From the NCBI GenBank assembly GCA_937930175.1, contig CALGLP010000013.1, positions 267,764 through 331,763 of the forward strand: a stretch of DNA of 64,000 nt, read 5' to 3'. Origin of the DNA: an uncultured bacterium. GTDB lineage: Bacteria; Omnitrophota; Gorgyraeia; Zapsychrales; Aceulaceae. The notes below the pieces were generated by a model, which saw nothing but the letters and a program-made list of their open reading frames with translations, was not told where the DNA came from and searched no databases. The translations under genes were made by a program, and so were the position numbers. Shown here one piece after another: positions 9,453 to 16,046 of the stretch (position 1 is its first letter; the number at the start of each line of letters is the position of its first letter).

Positions 9453-9543
9453 GCGCCTTGCTCACAGCCTTCTTTGAATTTAGATTTCAGAGAAGCTGGA
9501 GCAGGTGCATCCTTCCTTGTGAGGACATTAGCGTAGATGCGCC
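9453..9543 (+). repeat. 91-bp direct repeat, copy 2; its last 5 nt are the first 5 nt of tRNA-Arg
   Basis: Direct comparison with 9282..9372. Confidence 0.8.
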
Positions 9544-9612
9544 TGTAGCTCAGATGGATAGAGCGCGGCTCTCCTAAGGCCGGCGTGGGCGGTTCGAGTC
9601 CGCCCAGGCGCA
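9539..9612 (+). tRNA. tRNA-Arg (anticodon CCT)
   Basis: Manually folded cloverleaf: 7-bp acceptor stem (GCGCCTG/CAGGCGC), D arm GCTC/GAGC, anticodon stem CGGCT/GGCCG with loop CTCCTAA (U33, anticodon CCT, A37), T arm GGCGG-TTCGAGT-CCGCC. CCA is not encoded. Confidence 0.85.
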
Positions 9613-9639
9613 CTTAATTCTTGCGAAGCAAGAATTAAG
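9613..9639 (+). other. perfect 12-bp hairpin (CTTAATTCTTGC-GAA-GCAAGAATTAAG) immediately 3' of the tRNA
   Basis: Seen directly. No U-tract follows. It may be a processing or terminator element for the tRNA transcript. Confidence 0.4.
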
Positions 9640-9718
9640 TAGAGCAATCGAGAATCGAGATTTGAAAATGGATTGTTAAGCGACTCGATTGCGATCAATT
9701 CTCAATTATCAATTTTCA

Positions 9719-10069
9719 ATGTCTATGGCATTTATTTTCGAAAACCTCGATGTTTATCAGAAGGCTGTTGATTTTGCAGATGAGGTTTCTTCTTTAGCGG
9801 AAAAGTTCCCTAGAGGAAGTTACTACTTAGTTGACCAGCTCAATAGGGCCGCACTATCGATAGCCACTAATATCGCAGAAGGAAACGGAAAATATCACAA
9901 AGCCGATAGGATTAATTTTTTTAGGATTGCTCGTGGATCTGCTTTTGAATGTGTTCCTATCCTGGAAATTTGCAAGCGTAAGTCTTTGGTTGAAGAAAGA
10001 ACACATGCCGATTACAAGAAGAAGCTTGAAGATATCTGCAAGATGTTGTCCGGTCTTATGAATTATTAA
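9719..10069 (+). CDS. four-helix-bundle protein (TIGR02436 / 23S rRNA intervening-sequence protein family), copy 1
   Basis: Family signature: LDVYQKAVDFADEV...LVDQLNRAALSIATNIAEGNGKY...RIARGSAFEC. Three paralogs lie at 49031, 50230 and 59884. Confidence 0.8.
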   Translation: MSMAFIFENLDVYQKAVDFADEVSSLAEKFPRGSYYLVDQLNRAALSIATNIAEGNGKYHKADRINFFRIARGSAFECVPILEICKRKSLVEERTHADYKKKLEDICKMLSGLMNY

Positions 10070-10101
10070 ATAGAGCCATCGAGAAAGGTATCCTTCATTT
10101 C

Positions 10102-10443
10102 ATGAAAATCATAACACAAAGTATCACCCTTAATGAAATCAAAGCCATGGCCACAGCCATTTTTGGTGATTTAGTTAAGGCTGTTGTTGACATTGATCGG
10201 GAGCTGATCGCCGTTGACGCTGAGCTTCATTCGGATCTTGAGGCGTTGCTCCTGGAAGATGGTTCAAAGCAAAAAAGCCTTTGGGGGATCAACCTTTACC
10301 CGGATATGCAAGGGGATGATTTTATTGAATTTGATTCGATGATCAATGTGCGTCCCTCCCAGGGCAATCGAAGCCGCAATGTTGAGGATGGCGCCTTGCG
10401 CAAGCAAATCATGGAGATCGTTTCAAAGAGAGTCAGGGTATGA
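10102..10443 (+). CDS. hypothetical protein
   Basis: 113-aa ORF, acidic, no TM segment. Overlaps the next ORF by 4 nt (ATGA). Confidence 0.4.
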   Translation: MKIITQSITLNEIKAMATAIFGDLVKAVVDIDRELIAVDAELHSDLEALLLEDGSKQKSLWGINLYPDMQGDDFIEFDSMINVRPSQGNRSRNVEDGALRKQIMEIVSKRVRV

Positions 10444-10772
10444 TTTATCAGCATAAAAGTCTTGCAGCGGGAGGCTGGGATAAGCTTTCGCTTGTAGAGC
10501 AAATGGCCAATATTGGTAGCGAGGTTGAGCGAGCGCTTAGCTGGCGAAGCAAGAAAAATGAGGATTATGCCCGCAGAGCGCTTGAACGGGCCCTTGAGCT
10601 CATCGATCTCTCCTTGGGGTGCCACAAGAGCTATGCCCGGCTTAAAGAGTTTGCCCGTATGCGAGAGGCCCTTGTTGATGATTTTTTTGGAACAAACCAA
10701 TGGATGACCTCGGAAGCCTCTTGGCGAAAGTACTTTTCCCCCTTTTTCTTTGCCTCGCGTAGGTATTGTTAG
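10440..10772 (+). CDS. hypothetical protein (predicted mostly alpha-helical)
   Basis: 110-aa ORF, translationally coupled to the previous one. Confidence 0.4.
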   Translation: MIYQHKSLAAGGWDKLSLVEQMANIGSEVERALSWRSKKNEDYARRALERALELIDLSLGCHKSYARLKEFARMREALVDDFFGTNQWMTSEASWRKYFSPFFFASRRYC

Positions 10773-10910
10773 CTAAGTTTCCGGAAATCATTGGATTGAT
10801 TGGGTTTGTAGAGGTTATGGGATCCAGTCTAGCAGGTGCAGAGTCTCAATCTAGTGCTAAATAATTCCAAAATCCCTTGCTATTTCCCCTAAAAAAAATT
10901 CTAAAAATTC

Positions 10911-10939
10911 TTGACATGGCTTTGTATCTATGGAAGAAT
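10911..10939 (+). promoter_or_regulatory. candidate sigma-70 promoter (TTGACA-N17-AAGAAT) upstream of the outer-membrane protein gene
   Basis: Perfect -35 hexamer, 17-nt spacer, weak -10. Confidence 0.3.
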
Positions 10940-11117
10940 GTACTCAACTGAACCCAGAGACGATTTAATCTAAACTCGAAAGGAGGGGATGGTAAACCTA
11001 ACGTTTAAGATCGTCGCTCAGCTGGGAATATGATTATTTAATCTAGAATCTCTTTTATAGACTAGTTTCATATATATAAAATACATGGCTGGAAAAATTA
11101 ACAAAAGGAGATTACAA

Positions 11118-12452
11118 ATGAAGAAATTATTAATCGCAGTATTGCTGGTGGCTGTCATGGCTGTCCCAGCTTTTGCTAGCGTACAAAATGTCAAAGTAAG
11201 CGGCGACCTCCAGACCACTTGGGCTGTCCGTGACACCTTTGATTTCACAGACACTGGAGATCAAGTTAATCAGAATCTCAATGACGTGATTTCTTATGCA
11301 CGCGTTCGTATTGATGCTGATTTAACTGACAATGTTTCAACCACAGTTCGCTTGCTCAATGAAAGAGCTTGGGGAGATGATACCTCTGGCAGCGCTAATG
11401 CTGATGTTGAACTTGATTTAGCCTATGTGCAGTTAAGAGAAATGCTATATTCACCTCTTACTGTAACATTAGGTCGTCAAGAATTGTTCTACGGCAATGG
11501 TTTCATCATTGGCGGTAATGGTCCAAATAATAACACATATACAGGCAGTCCTCTTGCTGAGAATGGTTTAAGAGATCTTAGCATGAGAAACAGTCTTGAT
11601 GCTGTTAAGGCGGTTTTAAATTATGACCCTTTAACCATCGATATGTTTGCTGCTGTTGTTGATTCTAATGATACGGTTCTTCAGGCAGAGAAGAATGATG
11701 ATGTTAATCTTTATGGTATCAATGCAAACTATAAGTTTTCTGATAAGTGGAATACTATTGCAGAAGGTTATTTCTTTTCAAAGTATGATCACAAGGCAGA
11801 CGGAGAAAAAAAAGATACCATTTATGTTCCTGGTATGCGTTTAAGCACAAATCCTATCAAGGGTTTGAACTTGCAGGGTGAATTGGCTTGGCAGCGAGGA
11901 AATCAATCTCCATTGGTTGGAACTCGTGGTGAGCGTGAAGCCGTGGCTGGACAGTTTATTGCTGGCTATCTTCTTCCATTTGAGAAGACAGCAAAGTATC
12001 AGCCAGTTGTTTCCTATGCCTTTACCTATGCCTCAGGTGATGATAATTATGCCTCAGGTGAAGTTAAGGGTTGGGATCCTATGTATGAGCATCTTTCAGG
12101 TGGCAAGATCTACAACGCGATCTTGAACTTTACCAATGTATCGTGTCATGAGCTTGCACTTTCTGTAAAACCAGTTGAAGATATTACATTAAAAGGCAGC
12201 TGGTCAATGTTGTACATGAATGAGGATCTCAATACAACGTTAAACATCTCTAGCCCAATGGGTGCCAGCGCGTATCCAGCAAATGGCAAGAAGGATTTAG
12301 GCGATGAAATCGACCTTGATCTAACCTATGCTTATACCGAAGATGTCTCTATCGGCATGAGCGCTGGTTGGTTTTTCCCAGGAGAAGCCTTTGAGAGAAA
12401 TGGTGACAGAACTGCAACACAGTTGTTGACCAGTTTGTCAGTTGCTTTCTAA
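11118..12452 (+). CDS. outer-membrane beta-barrel protein (porin-like), with signal peptide and C-terminal Phe
   Basis: Signal peptide MKKLLIAVLLVAVMAVPAFA. Alternating amphipathic beta-strands. Terminal ...SLSVAF matches the OMP C-terminal signature. AGGAG RBS. Confidence 0.6.
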   Translation: MKKLLIAVLLVAVMAVPAFASVQNVKVSGDLQTTWAVRDTFDFTDTGDQVNQNLNDVISYARVRIDADLTDNVSTTVRLLNERAWGDDTSGSANADVELDLAYVQLREMLYSPLTVTLGRQELFYGNGFIIGGNGPNNNTYTGSPLAENGLRDLSMRNSLDAVKAVLNYDPLTIDMFAAVVDSNDTVLQAEKNDDVNLYGINANYKFSDKWNTIAEGYFFSKYDHKADGEKKDTIYVPGMRLSTNPIKGLNLQGELAWQRGNQSPLVGTRGEREAVAGQFIAGYLLPFEKTAKYQPVVSYAFTYASGDDNYASGEVKGWDPMYEHLSGGKIYNAILNFTNVSCHELALSVKPVEDITLKGSWSMLYMNEDLNTTLNISSPMGASAYPANGKKDLGDEIDLDLTYAYTEDVSIGMSAGWFFPGEAFERNGDRTATQLLTSLSVAF

Positions 12453-12484
12453 AAGTTAGAAAAAGTTAGAAGGTAAGTATTATT

Positions 12485-12545
12485 GAGCCCCGCCTTGAAA
12501 AAGGCGGGGCTCTTAACTTGTCCGCCTGATTTTTGGCGGACAAGT
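12485..12545 (+). terminator. tandem hairpins (AGCCCCGCC-N8-GGCGGGGCT, then CTTAACTTGTCCGCC-N8-GGCGGACAAGTTA) after the outer-membrane protein gene
   Basis: Two consecutive perfect stems of 9 and 13 bp, with a T-run in and after the second. Confidence 0.65.
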
Positions 12546-12824
12546 TATCCCAAGCGAGCGTTAGCGAAGCGGGGGATTTCCTCTTTAAAAGTCCTTCCTC
12601 GCCAAGAGGCGACGTCAAGTCAGCCGCACGAATTTACCCCTTTAAGGCTGCGGCCTAGCAGTCGAAAAGGGGATGGCAGCCATTTCCCTTCAACCACCTT
12701 CTCTCAAAAAGTCCTTTCTCGCCTTGCTCGTCCGTAAACTGTGCGCCTATTTATCCCAAGCAACCGTTAGCGAGAAGCAAGGAATTCCCTCCTAAAAGAC
12801 ATTCAAACAAATTTGTAAATATCC

Positions 12825-12882
12825 TTTGCACCCTATTTTTATCTTGTATAATAAATAGTAGTTATACTTATTTTTATACAAG
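12825..12882 (+). promoter_or_regulatory. candidate promoter TTTGCA-N16-TATAAT overlapped by a palindrome CTTGTATAA-N22-TTATACAAG (operator-like)
   Basis: Seen directly. The motif TTGTATAA occurs a third time at 12887. Confidence 0.45.
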
Positions 12883-12903
12883 ATATTGTATAAAAGTAGA
12901 ATA

Positions 12904-13521
12904 ATGAGAGAGACAACTCAAGCCAGCTATTTTAAGATGACCAAAGAAGAAATCTATGAGCATCTTGCGCAAGTGTACTTGGGCAAGAAGTCACAGGATA
13001 AAAAAGATTTACCTAAAAAGACATTCTTTTCGCGATTTCCCAAAGAAGCTAAAGTCATAGCAACGGTGTTAGCGATTGGCGTTGCGTTTTATACCCTGAC
13101 TGCGTTTCTTTCTCGTCGAGATGAAGCCATGAAGGCCACCATCCTTTTTGCCTTAAACAATTCCCCGATTCGCGTGACCTATGACCTTAATGATCCTTTT
13201 CCGCAAGTCAAAGATTTTTCTATTGCGATTCCTCAGGCGGATATGGCTAAGTATAAGAGCCTGGCCTTTTCCATTCGCGGACTTGAAGAAGGGTATCCGG
13301 GGGTTGTTAAAGTGGTTTTGCGGAATAAGAAAAATGAGTTGGCTTTTGTGTATGTTGAGGATGTCAACATGAAATGGAAACATCATGTGGTCGCGCTTAC
13401 GGATTTTTCAACAATTACAGACTGGACAAGTCTTAGTGAAGTTGCGTTTGTGTTGGAAGGATGGAACGTTAAAAAGAAAAAGGGCAGTATCTTAATCGAT
13501 GACATTTGTTTTTCAAAGTGA
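12904..13521 (+). CDS. hypothetical single-pass membrane protein with an extracytoplasmic domain
   Basis: 205-aa ORF with one TM segment (VIATVLAIGVAFYTLTAFL). No known domain recognised. Confidence 0.45.
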   Translation: MRETTQASYFKMTKEEIYEHLAQVYLGKKSQDKKDLPKKTFFSRFPKEAKVIATVLAIGVAFYTLTAFLSRRDEAMKATILFALNNSPIRVTYDLNDPFPQVKDFSIAIPQADMAKYKSLAFSIRGLEEGYPGVVKVVLRNKKNELAFVYVEDVNMKWKHHVVALTDFSTITDWTSLSEVAFVLEGWNVKKKKGSILIDDICFSK

Positions 13522-13522
13522 C

Positions 13523-13624
13523 CCCGTTAGAGAACTTCATACTAACGGTTTGATTGTCAAGGGTGATACACCGCGAGCGGTGTAGGGCCATAAACGGTAT
13601 TATTGGTAGTTTTCTCTAACGGGG
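13523..13624 (+). repeat. copy B of the intergenic inverted-repeat element (CCCCGTTAGAGAA ... TTCTCTAACGGGG)
   Basis: 13-nt perfect terminal inverted repeat. The interior (TAACGGTTTGATTGTCAAGGGTGATACA ... AACGGTATTATTGG) is shared with copies C, D and E. The element starts 2 nt after the upstream stop codon. Confidence 0.7.
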
Positions 13625-13655
13625 CTAAATTAATCAAAAGCGGAGGATAAGCTTC

Positions 13656-14834
13656 ATGCGAATTATTGCCATTGCGAATCAAAAGGGCGGATGCGGCAAA
13701 ACCACAACGGCGATCAATCTAAGCTCGGCCTTGGCCATCAATGGCCAAAAGGTTTTGCTCGTTGATTTGGACCCGCAGGCGCATGCGTCGCTAGGACTTA
13801 ACATTAATGCGCAGAATACCATTTATAATGTCATCTCTAAGCTTGCTCCGCGCAAGCTTTCCCTAAGTCAGATCATCGTGAAGGTCAAGGATCAGTTTGA
13901 TCTTGTGCCATCCAATGTTTTGGTGGGTACCCTTGAGCAAGAATTGGCTGATGAGATTGGCCGCGAGCTCAAACTTTTTTCCATTTTGAGCGAGCAAAAA
14001 GAGTATGATTATATCATTATTGATTGCCCTCCGAATTTAGGCTTTTTAACGATCAATGCCTTGCGTGCGAGTCAAGAGGTGATTATTCCCGTCGAGGCGA
14101 GCCGTTTTTCCATTCAGGGTGTTGGCCGGTTGATTGATATTATTGAACTCGTCAAGCAACGCCTCAATCATACGATTGACTATCGTGTCTTGGTAACGAT
14201 GTTTGATTCGCGTCTGCGCCATTCGTTTGAGATGCTGGCCAAGATCAAAGAAGATTTTGCGAAAAATTTAGCAGGGACGATCATTCATCTTAATGTCAAA
14301 CTCAAAGAAGCCGCGGCCGCAGGCGAGACAGTATCCTGCTATGACAAATATTCGCGGGGAAGCAAAGATTATTTTAGCTTGGCGAAAGAAATGATCATGG
14401 TTGGACAAAAGGATGGTCCTCGCGAGTCTTCGTTGAGCGCCCAGCCTATGGCTAAGTCTGTATCGCAGCCGATGTCTAAAGTGATGCGGGAGACGATTAA
14501 GGAGAAGGCCAAAGATTTTTCTCTTGCGAGCTTTACCTTGGTTGCCCCCGAAGCCAAGAATGTTTATTTGGCTGGCGATTTTAACAATTGGTATGTTGAT
14601 GAGTCTTGCCGTATGCAAAAGACGGATGGGCGTTGGCAGTCGGAGTTGAAATTAAAGCCGGGGGTGTACCAATACCGTTTTATTGTGGATGGTAAATGGC
14701 AAAATGATCCGGCGAACACGAGGCGTGTTGAAAATGCCTTTGGGGATTCTAATTCAGTTTTGGAGGTTCACCCCGTTAGAGAATTGCACACTAGCGGTCT
14801 GACTTTAAAGGGTGATGCACCGCCAGCACTGTAA
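13656..14834 (+). CDS. ParA/MinD-family ATPase fused to a C-terminal CBM48 (AMPK-beta / isoamylase-N type glycogen-binding) domain
   Basis: N-terminal deviant Walker A motif KGGCGKTT and ParA-type motifs (VLLVDLDPQAHAS, IIIDCPPNLG). The C-terminal 90 aa (LVAPEAKNVYLAGDFNNWY...GVYQYRFIVDGKWQNDPAN) match the CBM48/AMPK1_CBM fold signature. The last codons run into repeat copy C. Confidence 0.8.
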   Translation: MRIIAIANQKGGCGKTTTAINLSSALAINGQKVLLVDLDPQAHASLGLNINAQNTIYNVISKLAPRKLSLSQIIVKVKDQFDLVPSNVLVGTLEQELADEIGRELKLFSILSEQKEYDYIIIDCPPNLGFLTINALRASQEVIIPVEASRFSIQGVGRLIDIIELVKQRLNHTIDYRVLVTMFDSRLRHSFEMLAKIKEDFAKNLAGTIIHLNVKLKEAAAAGETVSCYDKYSRGSKDYFSLAKEMIMVGQKDGPRESSLSAQPMAKSVSQPMSKVMRETIKEKAKDFSLASFTLVAPEAKNVYLAGDFNNWYVDESCRMQKTDGRWQSELKLKPGVYQYRFIVDGKWQNDPANTRRVENAFGDSNSVLEVHPVRELHTSGLTLKGDAPPAL

Positions 14835-14873
14835 GATTGTTAATGGTATTATCGGCAATCTTCTCTAACGGGG
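14771..14873 (+). repeat. copy C of the intergenic inverted-repeat element
   Basis: Arms CCCCGTTAGAGAA / TTCTCTAACGGGG. The interior is similar to B and D. The 5' arm lies inside the last codons of the ParA-CBM48 CDS. Confidence 0.7.
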
Positions 14874-14932
14874 TGAACCCCATAGAGAAATAAAATCTTT
14901 CGCGGTTTCCGTTGAAGGTGAAAAGAGCCTTT

Positions 14933-14983
14933 AGTCTTATAGGGTGATAACGATTAACAAGTTGTTGGTTTTCTCTAATGGGG
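14933..14983 (+). repeat. copy E (3' half only) of the intergenic element, ending TTCTCTAATGGGG 9 nt before the ATG at 14993
   Basis: GGGTGATAACGATTAACAAGTTGTTGG TTTTCTCTAATGGGG matches the 3' halves of B, C and D. No 5' arm is present. Confidence 0.5.
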
Positions 14984-14992
14984 TAAACTATA

Positions 14993-15307
14993 ATGGAAAC
15001 AGTTCAAGGCCAAGAAATCAATGAGGGCAAGATCTACGCTGTGATCGGGTATTTGTGGATTTTTTGTGTGATCCCATTGATTCTAAAAAAAGACAATAAG
15101 TTTGTCTTAAATCACAGCCGTCAGGGGCTTGTCATCTTTATTGGTGTTGTTGGAGTATTTATTTTGAGCATTCTCGTTGATTGGTTCTTGCGTCCAGGTC
15201 TATTTGTCTTTGGGATTTTATCGCTCTGGGGGATTATTGCTGCACTGGCGGGACAAGACTTGCGCATTCCGCTTATTCGTGATTATGCGGATAAAATTAT
15301 TTTGTAA
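14993..15307 (+). CDS. small membrane protein (DUF4870-like topology, two TM segments)
   Basis: 104-aa ORF with two hydrophobic segments. The GGGG of the repeat arm serves as an SD-like element. Confidence 0.5.
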   Translation: METVQGQEINEGKIYAVIGYLWIFCVIPLILKKDNKFVLNHSRQGLVIFIGVVGVFILSILVDWFLRPGLFVFGILSLWGIIAALAGQDLRIPLIRDYADKIIL

Positions 15308-15312
15308 TAATA

Positions 15313-15894
15313 ATGCCTGACTTTCGTAAAATTCTATTTGGCATACGTGACAAGAATTATGTGGATGTTACGACTCTTTCGGCGCCTTCCCAGAGGAAGG
15401 CGCCTTTTTCTTTAAAGAGTGTTAAGATCAAAAAGATCGTTGCTTCTAAGTCGCTGGCCAAGAAGAAGATTCTTAGAGTAGGCAAGCCCAAGGCATTGAA
15501 TTTCTTTAGCAAGACCAAGAAGCCTTCCCAAAAGGTTGCCAAGCCTTCCTTAGCGCCCATCAAACTCGTTAAACCTCCTAAGGCAGTCCTGAAGACTCCT
15601 AAGCCTCTTAAGCCTGCAAAGCCACAGGCTCTCAAGGAAACTTTGGCCGGCGAGATTGTTCATTTTTTTGATAAGATTCAAGTTTGTGTTGTGAAGCTTG
15701 CATGTGACTTAAAGGTCGGGGATCAGCTGCATTTTAAAGGAAAGGGAACAGATTTTGTGCAGGCGCTTGATTCGATGCAAATTAATCATCAACAAGTGAT
15801 GATGGCCAAAAAAGGCCATGAAATCGGCCTTAAGGTCAAAAAAGAAGTGCGTGTTGGAGATAAAGTTTTTTTGAGCTTAAGCCAAAGGGTTTAA
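15313..15894 (+). CDS. Lys/Pro-rich (histone H1-like, disordered) protein with a C-terminal beta-barrel resembling translation-factor domain II
   Basis: N-terminal 110 aa are K/P/A-rich. The C-terminal VGDQLHFKGKG...IGLKVKKEVRVGDKVF has an EF-Tu-domain-2-like pattern. Confidence 0.45.
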   Translation: MPDFRKILFGIRDKNYVDVTTLSAPSQRKAPFSLKSVKIKKIVASKSLAKKKILRVGKPKALNFFSKTKKPSQKVAKPSLAPIKLVKPPKAVLKTPKPLKPAKPQALKETLAGEIVHFFDKIQVCVVKLACDLKVGDQLHFKGKGTDFVQALDSMQINHQQVMMAKKGHEIGLKVKKEVRVGDKVFLSLSQRV

Positions 15895-15947
15895 GAAATC
15901 AAGGCCTTGATTATTTTTTTATTAGAATTGTGGTATACTTAAAGTAG

Positions 15948-16041
15948 AGAACGTTAGGCTAACGGTTTGATCATCAAGAGCGATGCATCTCTAGCAATCT
16001 AGGATGATAAACGATATTATTGGCAGTTTTTTCTAACGGGG
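15948..16041 (+). repeat. copy D of the intergenic element (5' arm eroded; 3' arm TTTTCTAACGGGG ends 5 nt before the ATG at 16047)
   Basis: Interior TAACGGTTTGATCATCAAGAGCGATGCA ... AACGATATTATTGGCAG aligns with copy B. Confidence 0.6.
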
Positions 16042-16046
16042 TGAAT

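Noticed and set aside
10990-11034. 14-codon mini-ORF (MVNLTFKIVAQLGI) with an AGGAGG RBS in the OMP gene leader
   Set aside because: It could be a leader peptide, but there is no obvious attenuator structure or codon bias to support it, so it is left unannotated.
12483-12737. 84-aa plus-strand ORF over the terminator and repeat spacer
   Set aside because: It begins inside the terminator hairpin and spans direct repeats. Its composition is Pro/Ser/Arg-rich and low-complexity.
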